The notes under the pieces are model-generated. The model was not told the origin of the DNA. It did no database searches and saw only the letters and a program-made list of their open reading frames with translations. 64,000 nt of DNA from a virus (Duplodnaviria > Caudoviricetes), in IMG/VR virus record IMGVR_UViG_3300037721_000031, positions 64,001 through 128,000 of that record, one strand, 5' to 3'. This document shows, piece after piece, positions 29,932 to 40,436 of the stretch. A program made the position numbers and the translations under genes. Every line of letters starts with the position of its first letter. The stretch's first letter is position 1.

Positions 29932-30633
29932 TTATTCCTGGTTTATGGTGTCTGGCTGAACTTTAAATACAAGTGTAGGTATCTCTTTACTAAGAGCTAG
30001 CTCAATCATATTTTTTGTTCCGTTACTGTTCATATCGAAAAATGCTATTAAATGCGTAGCTACTTCAGCCATCTCAGCATTACGTACAAACCCTGCACGC
30101 TTACCAAGATTATCCCAATCAGCTGTAAATGGTACCCAACGTACACCGTTGCTTTCAGCCCACTTAATAGCCATGGCGTCAGCTCCACGACTTGCATTTC
30201 CAGATACGATCACAAAATTAGAAACACCAAGCATCTTTATCGCTTTTTCTAAGCGATCACAGAAATCCGTATAGTTATTCCAATTACGAGATCCAGCTAC
30301 TACAATCATAGCTGGAGGGTTGACTATATTGTCTGGTTGATGATGTAGATTACGGTTTGGTTTAGTTAATTTTCTACGACAATACTTCTTGACTCTAGAT
30401 TGGGAAATGTCTTTAGCAGTATACATCATTGATGATGCTGCGTGTACATCTCCCAATTCCATCTCTAGATCTCTACGATTAGTCTGTACTGGATCAAGAG
30501 GGTTATAGCTTTCATAACCATGTCGTAAGATCTTACCAACAGCCTTTACTGACTCACCGAGTTCCTCTACCAGGATCGAGAGTCTCTCTAGCTCAGCAGC
30601 ATTAAGTTGATTGGCATTATCCATAGTTACCAA
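29932..30633 (-). CDS. MazG-like NTP pyrophosphohydrolase fused to a SLOG (YspA/DUF2493-like) domain
   Basis: N-half LVEELGE..KAVGKILRHG...LEMELGDV (MazG EExxE/ExGD); C-half IVVAGSRNW...IVSGNASRGADAMA...AGFVRNAEMA...LIAFFD...GTKNMI (SLOG). Confidence 0.8.
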   Translation of the reverse strand: MVTMDNANQLNAAELERLSILVEELGESVKAVGKILRHGYESYNPLDPVQTNRRDLEMELGDVHAASSMMYTAKDISQSRVKKYCRRKLTKPNRNLHHQPDNIVNPPAMIVVAGSRNWNNYTDFCDRLEKAIKMLGVSNFVIVSGNASRGADAMAIKWAESNGVRWVPFTADWDNLGKRAGFVRNAEMAEVATHLIAFFDMNSNGTKNMIELALSKEIPTLVFKVQPDTINQE

Positions 30634-31040
30634 CTAAGGTTCGGAAGTTGATGCTTAACAATTACAGGTACTACACTTTCTTTAAACAACAGTAACCAGG
30701 TATACATAGGACCTTCATCCATAATGCAGTACCGTGCAACAGTGGTGTCTTCATCGACCATACCCAGAACAGGCCGCCAATACCTATTAACTAAAAACCT
30801 CTTAGCCATCTGAGGAGTACTGGGATCAGAGGCTACAGGATCTAAACCAATAGTCCACTTACTAGGCTCAGAGTGTCCGGCTTCAATCAGCAGCTCAGTA
30901 ATCGCTTGTACAGGATCAATTGCTTCTTCGGTAGGGTACTTATCCCTAAGTAATTGATTTGTACTTTTTTGGTCATTAGACATTATGTAACTTTCTAGAA
31001 AAAAAAAAGAATGATTGTTACAGAATACTGCTTGCATCAC
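30627..31040 (-). CDS. Hypothetical protein
   Basis: ORF track 137 aa; the real start is probably MSNDQK at about 30983. Confidence 0.65.
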   Translation of the reverse strand: MMQAVFCNNHSFFFLESYIMSNDQKSTNQLLRDKYPTEEAIDPVQAITELLIEAGHSEPSKWTIGLDPVASDPSTPQMAKRFLVNRYWRPVLGMVDEDTTVARYCIMDEGPMYTWLLLFKESVVPVIVKHQLPNLSW

Positions 31041-31055
31041 CGCAAGCAGTATTCT
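31022..31055. terminator. Hairpin terminator
   Basis: AGAATACTGCTTGC-ATCACC-GCAAGCAGTATTCT with a nearby A-run on the plus strand. Confidence 0.65.
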
Positions 31056-31084
31056 TTTATTAAATTAAGCTAACGAAAATATAT

Positions 31085-31573
31085 CTAGTCATCTCGTCCA
31101 TAATAGTGTAAATATCCTGGATAACTGACGTAATCGTGATATGATTGTTCTACAGTCTGATGAATGACAGTTAAGCCAACAGCTTTCTTATTTAAAGCAG
31201 TTACGTTGGTCTTTCCAAATTTCAACATTAACCTATCAATAATCGATAGTCGATAAACCACACCCATTGATGTAAACAGAATCGGTTTACCAGTTATAGG
31301 GTCAGACCACATAAATGGATTGACCCTACCTTTTTTCTTAATCTTATTAGCTAATGTTGCCCTTGTGATATCGTAGCGTGCAATTCTAGTTTGTTTGCGA
31401 TCTATTGTCTTTATAGAAAGCAGTCGGTATTTTACTAGAAATGCTTCTAGCTTTGTTAGATAGTAATGCTTACAAGTACAGGTTACAAGATAAGGTTTAC
31501 CGTTATTGTAGTGAAAATACTCACTTATAATCTTCTCTTGCGAAGGCTTCGGATCGAACATCTTAATGGACAT
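31085..31573 (-). CDS. Hypothetical protein
   Basis: 162-aa basic ORF with upstream AGGAG. Confidence 0.65.
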   Translation of the reverse strand: MSIKMFDPKPSQEKIISEYFHYNNGKPYLVTCTCKHYYLTKLEAFLVKYRLLSIKTIDRKQTRIARYDITRATLANKIKKKGRVNPFMWSDPITGKPILFTSMGVVYRLSIIDRLMLKFGKTNVTALNKKAVGLTVIHQTVEQSYHDYVSYPGYLHYYGRDD

Positions 31574-31661
31574 ATAACTCCTTTGTTAGGTCGACTACAT
31601 AACAGTCTTTAAAATATCTACTTCAATTGAGTTATATGTGTTTAATTTATTTCACATTTAA

Positions 31662-33128
31662 TTATCTACGAGTCCACGGACTATCATTTTTACTATTGTA
31701 AAAATCAATAGCTTTCTGAGGAGGATTTTCCATCCAATACGGAATGTATTTTCCAACACAGCACAGAATCAAGTCCATTGTAGATAAGAATGGGATATCC
31801 TCAAACTCGCCTTCAGGAGCCCACCAGCCGCGTGTATTGAGTAGTACGTTCCAATCGTAGCCTAAAGCAATAAGGCCGTCATAGAGCTGCTTTGGTGTAA
31901 GCTTTAGCTCAGGACTGATATGATGCCACAGTTCATTAATCTGTAGTAGTTCTGAAGCAATATTCAAACCACGACGCAATTCAGGATGTCGATCAATCTT
32001 ACCACGTATCGTAGTACGACTAAGCTTGATATCCGGACAGAAAACCAGATTATAGTTAATCAAACTACCATCCAAACCCCATCGCTCACTCTCTTTGATG
32101 TAGTGGAATTCAGTGAGAGAAGGCAATACTCCTTCTTGCTGCGATACTAGAATTTCCATAGCCATTCCAGAAGGCCCGGACTTACTACGTAATTGACGCA
32201 GTCGTACTACAGATAGGTCCGTATCAAGGTGCAGATTGTCTTCACCGTCACGAGGATATTCAGGGGCTTTAGTTGTTTGATTAATCAGCGGAATAGTACC
32301 GTAGCAGTGCCAACAGTTATTCATGATAAACGTAAACTTCTCAGGAACACCCTTGATCTTAACATCACCTTTCAGATGAGCTAGTTTATTAGGCTTTGGG
32401 TTGTTAGGATCCATCTCAAACTTATCGCCAATTTGAGCAACCATAAGTACATACGTACCTGACCCACCGGCCAACGCAGGAATCTCGGCAAGGAAACGAT
32501 TCTTCTGTAACCCTTGACGCATGAAAACTGTATTTGCACCTTTTTCACCAAGACTGTTATCATTCTGCATCTTGATTACGTCTTGAGTAACGAACTCGCT
32601 TAAAGAGTCAACTTCATTAAACGTAGGCAGAATAGTTTCAAGGTTACCAGTTCTCTCTCTATTAGGAAATGGTAATTTAATAAGAATGCTTCGTGCGTTC
32701 TTCTTCTTATTTTCCATGAACTCTTTGAAAATATCGTACCATTGATCGCCATGGTAAACTGTTTTATCAGTAATGACCCAGCGACCAGTATCCAGTATAT
32801 CTTCTCCGTAGAATTCACCGATAGCATCCATTAGTATTTTCAGGTGAGTCTCATGGACATTAATTTCAGTATCATAGGTACTAGCGGATGTCCTAGTACC
32901 AATACGACTCATAGCTGACAGCATACTGTAATGCATTAGCGTCGATTTGAATGAGTTACCCATTCCTACGAAGCCAGTTAATGTACCCAATCCACCGTTA
33001 AGGATATGCTCACCCTTTAGGCCTTTAATATATGTACCTGTCGGAATATCCATCAGACAGCCAATATTTATCATCACTTTGGTATTAGGTGCTGATGTAA
33101 AAACGTTTTGTTTTAAGTCCATATTCAT
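31662..33128 (-). CDS. uvsX: UvsX/RecA-like recombinase (phiKZ gp152-like)
   Basis: Walker A GMGNSFKST, YDTE, EVDSLSEF (Walker B), QLRSKSGPSG. Confidence 0.85.
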   Translation of the reverse strand: MNMDLKQNVFTSAPNTKVMINIGCLMDIPTGTYIKGLKGEHILNGGLGTLTGFVGMGNSFKSTLMHYSMLSAMSRIGTRTSASTYDTEINVHETHLKILMDAIGEFYGEDILDTGRWVITDKTVYHGDQWYDIFKEFMENKKKNARSILIKLPFPNRERTGNLETILPTFNEVDSLSEFVTQDVIKMQNDNSLGEKGANTVFMRQGLQKNRFLAEIPALAGGSGTYVLMVAQIGDKFEMDPNNPKPNKLAHLKGDVKIKGVPEKFTFIMNNCWHCYGTIPLINQTTKAPEYPRDGEDNLHLDTDLSVVRLRQLRSKSGPSGMAMEILVSQQEGVLPSLTEFHYIKESERWGLDGSLINYNLVFCPDIKLSRTTIRGKIDRHPELRRGLNIASELLQINELWHHISPELKLTPKQLYDGLIALGYDWNVLLNTRGWWAPEGEFEDIPFLSTMDLILCCVGKYIPYWMENPPQKAIDFYNSKNDSPWTRR

Positions 33129-33217
33129 CCTTAGTTCGAAGTCATATCTCTCAATAAATAAAGACGATCCGTATTTTTATGACATACTTGTGAATAACAC
33201 ACCAATTACTTATTATT

Positions 33218-34081
33218 TTGGAATCTATGACTACTACTAAATTTCAGACGGCCATAGAGGGCCACATGGAACTTGCCAGCCGTATCGATAGAAGAATCGC
33301 TATGGAAGCAGGCTTCCTTTCTAATCTCAGTACTACGGTTCGTGAAGCTATTCCGTCTATGATGGCTTCCATCAATGGTGCTTTAAGTTCTATGAAGTTT
33401 TTCTCAAATGAGAAAAATTCTATTAATGGAAGTTCTCTTTTTTTGAACTTGCTAGAAAAAAGCAACTTTGTAGAAATCAGTGATTTAAAGGTATATACGC
33501 CTGAGGGGTTTGTAGGAAATCTTCCCGCATACGCCGACGTTTTGAAGTCATGCAGTGTGCATGCTAGTGAAGTAATAAATGATGTACTGGTACCCTATAA
33601 TACATTTCTGTCGCAGCTTCTTAGCTCAAACAGTGCACGTTTATCTAGCTTTGGCCAGTTAAACTACATGTTGAAGAAAGACGAACAACGTGAGAAACTT
33701 AATGAGCTTGTTGGTAGCTTTATCGTACCAGGTTCTACTCAAGTAAAGCAATCAATTGGTAAAGCCTTTAATAGAAACTCTGAATGGAGAGACATGCTGA
33801 TTAGTCAGAATGAATCTACTCAGGCTATCAATAAGGTAGATGTTAAGACAGTGTTATCAACTGTAGATGAGTGTGTTCAATTAATTGACACTATCAGGAC
33901 AGCATCTAACGCTGGTGAATTGGATGGTTTATCAGGACCAATGCTCAAGCAGCTTTCTAACACCACGTTAACAGCTGCTAATGAAGTAACCTTTTACTCG
34001 ATAACATCGTATCGAGTAAGTGTGTTGAGTAAAGCAATTAATGACTCAATTGAGGCTCTTACTAAAGAACTAAAGAAGTGA
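33218..34081 (+). CDS. Probable virion head protein
   Basis: 287 aa; N-terminal AIE and AME motifs match the A/S/G-x-E cleavage pattern of phiKZ-type prohead proteases. Confidence 0.5.
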   Translation: MESMTTTKFQTAIEGHMELASRIDRRIAMEAGFLSNLSTTVREAIPSMMASINGALSSMKFFSNEKNSINGSSLFLNLLEKSNFVEISDLKVYTPEGFVGNLPAYADVLKSCSVHASEVINDVLVPYNTFLSQLLSSNSARLSSFGQLNYMLKKDEQREKLNELVGSFIVPGSTQVKQSIGKAFNRNSEWRDMLISQNESTQAINKVDVKTVLSTVDECVQLIDTIRTASNAGELDGLSGPMLKQLSNTTLTAANEVTFYSITSYRVSVLSKAINDSIEALTKELKK

Positions 34082-34088
34082 GTAAAAT

Positions 34089-34124
34089 CATAAATGACCA
34101 GGGGAACTCCCCTGGTCATTTATG
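34089..34124. terminator. Bidirectional terminator
   Basis: CATAAATGACCAGGGGA-AC-TCCCCTGGTCATTTATG between convergent genes. Confidence 0.8.
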
Positions 34125-34141
34125 CCAGAAAGTAAATGACA

Positions 34142-36616
34142 TTACGATATTACTACATGTTCATTAAACTTGTCAGGCACAACAATATTAGATGCGCTAA
34201 GTACGCAACACTCTGTATTTGAGAGGGCTGTAAATTGTACGTAATCATGCGATATCATGTATAGTTGTGAAAATGCGCAGTAGTCTAGTAGGTACTTAAT
34301 TAGATTCACAGTACACGCTTTATGCTCAGCATCCATTCTCTGACCTAATTCGTCAGCAAATAACGGTGCGGAAGATAGATCTAAGTACTGCATGGCTACG
34401 ACTTTAAATGCAAGATCTATAATCTCACACATACCGCCGCTACCTTTAGAGATATCCGGCACAGGTGAATTACCATCACCAACAATCATTGGAAACTTAT
34501 AATCAAGTTCTGTATTACCAGATTCAGAATCTAAGCTGCAGTCCTGTACTTCTAATCGGTATGTCCAGATCTTACTTATCAGTAAGTTCATCTTGCGAAT
34601 AAAACTTCTGATGAATCCGAGCAATCCCTCAGCAATCAGTCCGTCATGAGGAGACAGACATTCCACTAATGTACTTAAAGCTTTCTCTTCTGATTCTAAA
34701 CGTTCTATATTTACTTCAATATCAGCAATGATACCGCGTTGTACGTTTATTTCATTTAAAGCATTTTGCTTCTGAGCTAGCTGGATTTGTAATTCATTCA
34801 AGCATTTATTAATGAATTCATTACGCATTGCTCGCAATAAGTCTACGGTATTATGTTCTAGCTTCTCAACAGACGACGACAGCATCTCACTTAATTTTAT
34901 AATCTCTTGTGTACGCAGTAGCTCTTGTTGCTTGTCTTGTAATAAGCGTTGTTTTTCACGTATAGATCGTGCTAAGCCGCCGAGTTCAACTTCTATTACT
35001 TTTAAAGCATCACTCATTTTACCAACGTCAGCATTATTAGCCTTTATAGCGAGATCAATCAGTGCGTTGTTATTTATCTGTTCAGTATTTAACTTTATGC
35101 ACTTTATGTCATATTCTAAATCTGTCTTAAGCTTTTCCATGTCTCGATATACCTGCATTGGGGAGGTATAGATTGTATCTTTAACAATACTCCAGAATGG
35201 ATTAAGAACAGGTATAGTGCGAACACAACGCATGTATTCGCGCATTAGTTCACCATACTTAACATTTTCCTCTATAGCTTTTTGAATCTCTAGTAGCTTT
35301 TTATTATGCTCTTCTAGAAACTTAGTACCTGAGTTAATGTCGTGATTTATTTTGTTTAGGTTATCTAGAGTATAGCCTGGTATCCACCTGTGTCTGCAAT
35401 TAGGACATTCAGTAGACTCACCATTACGTAAATCTTCCATATGTTTAAGTTGATGCTGTAGATGACTAACTGCGGATACTGCTCGCTGAATCTTATCTTT
35501 TAATTGATATTCTTTATCTTTAAGTGCCTGTAATGACTCAAAGCTCAGACTGCGATCTTCGTTAGGGGATATCTCATGAGTGATTCGCTCTACTAGGTCA
35601 AATATAGATAAGAGGGCTGCTTGAGCTGTAGAGGGATCATCAAAAACCAAATTAAGTTGTTTACGGCTTTGTATTTCATTTCTTTGAATGATTAACTCAT
35701 TATACTTACACCGCAAGTCATCCAGCCCAGAAATATCAGCTTTACTGTACGTGTCGTATTTTTCTTTTAACTCACCGTATGTTTTAAAGCGTATACTAGA
35801 TTCGGTATTGGTTCTTGTAATATCATGCTTGAGTTCATCAATGTAAGTACTTAACTCATCCAGTTTATTTGTTGTCTTTCCTTTTGTTAAAGAAATGACT
35901 CTATTACTAGATTTTAGTATTTCAGATTCAAGTCGGTTCTGATCAGCAATTATTTCAGATACACTAGATTTATCTTCTTTACGTGAATTGTATAGTAAAT
36001 TGATTTCTCTTAACAGGTTCTCTATATCCTGCTGTATTCGATTTGTTTCTTCAGAACTGATGATCTTAGCTGTTTCAACTACTAAACGCCTACGAGCTAG
36101 TTTTAGAGCACCTGATGTATCCCTACTGCGCTCGGAGACTTTATTATAAACGCCGATCGCATAATCATAACTAGTTTCACATAGCTCAGTAAACCATTTA
36201 CGACGAAGTGCCGGACTCATTGAAGAGAATTTCTCAACACCAGTAAGTAAGTCATGAATATCTTGCCTGTACCCGAAGATAGTTTTAACTAAGTCTTTTT
36301 GTACAGTGACAGTTCCACCAGTATTGAGCTCTTCTATTCCATTCTTAATGATAGAGTGTTTTTGAGTAGGATGGAACTTACTTGTCAAAGTGTACTCATC
36401 GTTCAGATGAGTAATCGATATGGCTTTATACCCATCTTTTTCATAATGGATAGGTGTAGCTGGGAGTGGAGATAGCTCACTCACAAGTGAAGACTTACCG
36501 CTGCCATTAGTTCCAAGTATGAGCTGAATACGTTCGGTTGGTGTAATCTTAAAGAAATTAATGTGATTCAAAGCCATGCGCTTGAATCCTTTTAATTCGA
36601 TCCAGTTTATTCTCAC
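34142..36616 (-). CDS. sbcC: SbcC/Rad50-like SMC ATPase (phiKZ gp165-like)
   Basis: Walker A GTNGSGKSS, coiled coils with a CPNC zinc hook, signature SKGSGG, Walker B LFADE, ISHD. Confidence 0.92.
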   Translation of the reverse strand: MRINWIELKGFKRMALNHINFFKITPTERIQLILGTNGSGKSSLVSELSPLPATPIHYEKDGYKAISITHLNDEYTLTSKFHPTQKHSIIKNGIEELNTGGTVTVQKDLVKTIFGYRQDIHDLLTGVEKFSSMSPALRRKWFTELCETSYDYAIGVYNKVSERSRDTSGALKLARRRLVVETAKIISSEETNRIQQDIENLLREINLLYNSRKEDKSSVSEIIADQNRLESEILKSSNRVISLTKGKTTNKLDELSTYIDELKHDITRTNTESSIRFKTYGELKEKYDTYSKADISGLDDLRCKYNELIIQRNEIQSRKQLNLVFDDPSTAQAALLSIFDLVERITHEISPNEDRSLSFESLQALKDKEYQLKDKIQRAVSAVSHLQHQLKHMEDLRNGESTECPNCRHRWIPGYTLDNLNKINHDINSGTKFLEEHNKKLLEIQKAIEENVKYGELMREYMRCVRTIPVLNPFWSIVKDTIYTSPMQVYRDMEKLKTDLEYDIKCIKLNTEQINNNALIDLAIKANNADVGKMSDALKVIEVELGGLARSIREKQRLLQDKQQELLRTQEIIKLSEMLSSSVEKLEHNTVDLLRAMRNEFINKCLNELQIQLAQKQNALNEINVQRGIIADIEVNIERLESEEKALSTLVECLSPHDGLIAEGLLGFIRSFIRKMNLLISKIWTYRLEVQDCSLDSESGNTELDYKFPMIVGDGNSPVPDISKGSGGMCEIIDLAFKVVAMQYLDLSSAPLFADELGQRMDAEHKACTVNLIKYLLDYCAFSQLYMISHDYVQFTALSNTECCVLSASNIVVPDKFNEHVVIS

Positions 36617-36692
36617 TTTAAGTTTCCTTCTTGTGATTTATTATAATGCATGAGACCCAGTACAATATAACGTAACAAAGTAGAATCTTACC

Positions 36693-37694
36693 ATGAGTAT
36701 AACTCCACCAACCACAGGCAGTAAGTTGCACATTTACGGTCTTGGAATTGTTGCCGCTAATAAAGAACTTCATTCTAAATTCATTGAAGTGGTACCTATA
36801 GAAGCAACCCCAATGTTAGATGGTGAAATTACAGATAACATGGAGACAATCGTAACAAAAGGAAAAGATGCTAGCGGTAGTGTGTATGAGAATAGCGTCA
36901 ACACTACTGCCTCAATTCAGGCTGAGTGGCTCCCTATAGGCGGGTCTAATAGGGCTACTGCTCCAGATGTGCGCCGTGGTGAGCATGTAGTCTTATATAA
37001 GTTCGGAGATACTGATAAGTATTATTGGGTTACTCTTATCTATGACATGAAGTTGCGTAAGTTAGAAACAGCTATCTGGGTTTTTAGTAATACTAGAAAT
37101 GAAGATGTCGATGGTACTGCAGATACAACTTACTTTTTAGAAATATCTACGCACAGGAAATTAGTACATCTCCACACCAGTAAATCAGATGGTGAACCGT
37201 TTGTGTACGATATTCAGCTTAACACCAAAGATGGAGTTTTTACGTTTCAAGACGATATTGGAAATTATATTCAGTTAGATTCTAAGAATGTTAGAATAGA
37301 AGCCAAGAATGCTGATGGTTCGTGGATCGATATGAATCGGCGCGTCATCAACATGTACGCCCCTGAAGATATCAATCTCCGTGCTGATAATAATATCAAT
37401 ATCAGTGCCGGTAATAGTATTAATTCTGACGCTGGATCATCTATAAATGATAAGACTCCAGTGATAACTACAGAAGCAGATAGTACAACTAACACTGTAC
37501 CTGTAACTACATTCACAGGTCAAGTAATAATTGGTGGTGGAATGGCTGTGAGTGGTGGTAGTGGAGCCAGCGCTACCGTTCAAGGGACTGTTGAAGTTAC
37601 AGGCGGTGATGTCATCGTTGAAGGTATTAGTTTCCTTCCGCATGGTCACATTGAACAAGGTGACGGTAACCGTGTTGGTCCGCCAATCGCTTAA
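36693..37694 (+). CDS. Baseplate central spike (gp5/gpV-like)
   Basis: N-terminal OB-fold-like AEWLP...APDVRRGE.V, beta-helix-like repeats, C-terminal FLPHGH (HxH metal-binding tip). Confidence 0.75.
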   Translation: MSITPPTTGSKLHIYGLGIVAANKELHSKFIEVVPIEATPMLDGEITDNMETIVTKGKDASGSVYENSVNTTASIQAEWLPIGGSNRATAPDVRRGEHVVLYKFGDTDKYYWVTLIYDMKLRKLETAIWVFSNTRNEDVDGTADTTYFLEISTHRKLVHLHTSKSDGEPFVYDIQLNTKDGVFTFQDDIGNYIQLDSKNVRIEAKNADGSWIDMNRRVINMYAPEDINLRADNNINISAGNSINSDAGSSINDKTPVITTEADSTTNTVPVTTFTGQVIIGGGMAVSGGSGASATVQGTVEVTGGDVIVEGISFLPHGHIEQGDGNRVGPPIA

Positions 37695-37709
37695 AGTATT
37701 AGTATGTTT

Positions 37710-37758
37710 TACGGCATAAAAGCTCCAGCGGATTATACCCTGGAGCTTTTATGCCGTA
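37710..37758. terminator. Bidirectional terminator
   Basis: TACGGCATAAAAGCTCCAG-N11-CTGGAGCTTTTATGCCGTA. Confidence 0.8.
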
Positions 37759-37778
37759 TTTATTGTATTTAGTTATTA

Positions 37779-38282
37779 TTAGAGATACGAGTCTCTTTCA
37801 TAATAGACTTCCGGAGAGCCAGAATCAGGCACGAGTATGAAATACTTAACAATAACATAATCACCATCGCTAACAGAAGCACTTCCTTTAATTCTATTAA
37901 AACTAGGAGATGCACCATTTACAGTAGTTATTTGTGGAACAGTAGTCGAGCCTGAAGGATTATAAATCAATGTAAACGGTACTAATACCTTATTGCTTGA
38001 TGATGGACCAACATATGGTACATTCGTAAGAACGACAGCCGTAATGTTTCCATAGCCAGTCATTCGTACAATATTACCCTGACGATAGTCGTGAGTCAAT
38101 GTAGATGGATCAGGTAACGTTACATCCTTACTTACATTACCAGCAGAATATGTATAGAAACCACCAGGAAATGCTGCAGCTACGCTGTTTGTCCCTTTAT
38201 TTAACTTATTCCCAACTGCAGTGGTTGTATTGGAAGCTGCATTAGAAATGGCAGCTTGAAGAGCAGTATAACTTATTGTCAC
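37779..38282 (-). CDS. Hypothetical protein, possibly structural
   Basis: 167-aa ORF. Confidence 0.6.
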   Translation of the reverse strand: MTISYTALQAAISNAASNTTTAVGNKLNKGTNSVAAAFPGGFYTYSAGNVSKDVTLPDPSTLTHDYRQGNIVRMTGYGNITAVVLTNVPYVGPSSSNKVLVPFTLIYNPSGSTTVPQITTVNGASPSFNRIKGSASVSDGDYVIVKYFILVPDSGSPEVYYERDSYL

Positions 38283-38301
38283 GGCGTATTCCTATTAATC
38301 A

Positions 38302-38916
38302 TCAAGGTGGTAAGTTAGCCGCAATATATGCTTCTAACTCTTGAATTTGCAATGTAAGTGCGTCTCGTTGGGTAACAGCTTCTAAGTAGAGTGCTCTATC
38401 TGTTCTAGTAGCCGTTATGTTAGCTACGCGGTTGGCCTCAACAGCGTTATGATCGGATTGAGGTAGATTCTTTGTAGGTGAAATAGCTACTTGAGTTACA
38501 GTTGACGTAACTCCTATGGTTTCTCTTACAAGATCAACGACTCGTTGCTTTATAACAGATAGATCTAAATAGTTAGGAACCGCACCTATGTTAATTCCAA
38601 GAACAATAGCGGTATATGGAATACCACCCATGTTTGGATAACCAAGCACGTATGAGGTTGGTACGTATACCCAGTGACCACCATTAGAGCGAAGAGATAC
38701 AATACACTCACCGTTCTGCAAGTCGTTCTGATATTGTTGGTAAGTTAACCCGTGTTCGGAATAAAATTCTGCATGCGGGTCTATTCCCAGTACAATGATA
38801 TCAGTCATCTTACGTACAGCATCGCATGTGTACGATACATTAGACTGTAACAGAGCTGCGTACGGGCCACTTAACCTAAATATACCAGATGCCCCAATAG
38901 GGGGTGTTAAAGACAT
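38302..38916 (-). CDS. Probable virion structural protein
   Basis: 204 aa (MSLTPPIGASGIFRLSGPY...), C-terminal coiled coil. Confidence 0.6.
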   Translation of the reverse strand: MSLTPPIGASGIFRLSGPYAALLQSNVSYTCDAVRKMTDIIVLGIDPHAEFYSEHGLTYQQYQNDLQNGECIVSLRSNGGHWVYVPTSYVLGYPNMGGIPYTAIVLGINIGAVPNYLDLSVIKQRVVDLVRETIGVTSTVTQVAISPTKNLPQSDHNAVEANRVANITATRTDRALYLEAVTQRDALTLQIQELEAYIAANLPP

Positions 38917-38935
38917 ATTTAGCCTTTCTTACCTA

Positions 38936-40267
38936 TTACGGTGTATTGTAGTCTAAACCTAATTTGTCGTAAACTGAACGTTTAGACGCCACCAAATATT
39001 GAATATTTTGATAAGTCTTTACGACATACCAGATTTCACTACGTTGCATTTTCATCATACCTTGAGGTACAGTGGAAAACTCAGTCATAGTCTCAGCCAC
39101 AATGATCATTTCAGAAAGCATCAGTACCCATGCTTGCGTGACAGGATTCATCCGGTTGAATTCAATAGAACTGGTAGTGACGTTAATGTAATCTTCAAAT
39201 ACTTGATCAATACCAAACAAACTATCTCTGTTCTCAGACGATCCAATAGTGGATACTGTCAATGATCGGTATGGGTGCCCCATTACCACTGTATTAGCAT
39301 CAATATGTGTGTTACCATAATCTACAGCAATTTGCTTTACGAATGCTATGGCATTAACAGGACGACTCAGAGGAGAATAAATTCCTTGCTGAAGAGTCAT
39401 GTTAGGAATACCATATTTATGCCAATGAGGAATAATAACAAATTCAGTACGCTTGAAGATGTCTGGAAAAATTACTGTCCATTCAGCACGATTATGCGAA
39501 CTGTGAGTAAGAATCCAATCCACTAGTGCATCTTTAATAGCATCGATGTTATTACCTGACGGGCCATAGATTAGTACAGGCCAATTCACAGGTACTCGAT
39601 GAGCGCTATTGATTGGATCTACATAATCGTAAATGTCTGAACGGATAATTGTCTCAGGATTACCACCCTTAAACTGTTGGATTCTATCCATTGTTTGAGG
39701 AACAGTAATTGCAGAGATTAGGCTCTCAACATTGGCACCTGATGTAAAGAAGTTATCTAAATTATCTAACGGTGTTACAACGGTGATGTTAAAATCAGTG
39801 TATTGAGTAATAAACCCATTAATTGTAAACCATACTGTATTTTCGTTATCTTCTACGAGTAAGTCAGAAGACCATTTAACCCAGTCAGGAAACCACTTTC
39901 CGTCGTGAGAATTCATTGGCCCTAGTGTGAAAGTACCAGCATCGTTGGTCAATCCCCACGTAAATAAATCGTCAAGAAGTTCGTCAGAGAATATCTCGCC
40001 GCTAGTAGTCTGACCTTTATCAATTATAAGATGAGAAATAGCGATAGCTTGAGTAACTAGTTGAAAGTCCATAGTTGCAGGACCATCAACATCTGAGCTA
40101 CTTACGAAATTCATTAATGTATAACCTGGTCGATCGTGATCGACATACACTCCAAGATCTCTGGTAAATGTTTGACCATAAGTTGACAATTCACCAACGC
40201 TCGAGTTTTCACCAGGAACATTAGTTATCAACGCATCAACGTTGCAAAAGCTTTTCGATGAGTACAT
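38936..40267 (-). CDS. Probable virion structural protein
   Basis: 443-aa ORF in the baseplate/tail region. Confidence 0.6.
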   Translation of the reverse strand: MYSSKSFCNVDALITNVPGENSSVGELSTYGQTFTRDLGVYVDHDRPGYTLMNFVSSSDVDGPATMDFQLVTQAIAISHLIIDKGQTTSGEIFSDELLDDLFTWGLTNDAGTFTLGPMNSHDGKWFPDWVKWSSDLLVEDNENTVWFTINGFITQYTDFNITVVTPLDNLDNFFTSGANVESLISAITVPQTMDRIQQFKGGNPETIIRSDIYDYVDPINSAHRVPVNWPVLIYGPSGNNIDAIKDALVDWILTHSSHNRAEWTVIFPDIFKRTEFVIIPHWHKYGIPNMTLQQGIYSPLSRPVNAIAFVKQIAVDYGNTHIDANTVVMGHPYRSLTVSTIGSSENRDSLFGIDQVFEDYINVTTSSIEFNRMNPVTQAWVLMLSEMIIVAETMTEFSTVPQGMMKMQRSEIWYVVKTYQNIQYLVASKRSVYDKLGLDYNTP

Positions 40268-40436
40268 GAATTATTTCCTAGAAGCAAAGCTTAAATGTTA
40301 GAATAGTGCTAGGTTTATTATAGTAGACAGCTATTCTTAAATATAGAAGAACGGAACTAGTGCTAATAAATTGTATAGTAATACATGTTTTAGCGTTTAT
40401 TTAAGTTCCGAACATACACAGGATTAAGGAGCCCGA

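Noticed and set aside
30997-31008. Long A-runs (also about 7908, 24467, 25663) as phase-variation or frameshift sites
   Set aside because: They are intergenic and adjacent to hairpins, and are best explained as terminator U-tracts of minus-strand transcripts
31662-36616. Inteins in the recombinase, SbcC or RNAP subunits
   Set aside because: No C-x...HN-(C/S/T) intein boundaries or LAGLIDADG blocks seen, and lengths are unremarkable
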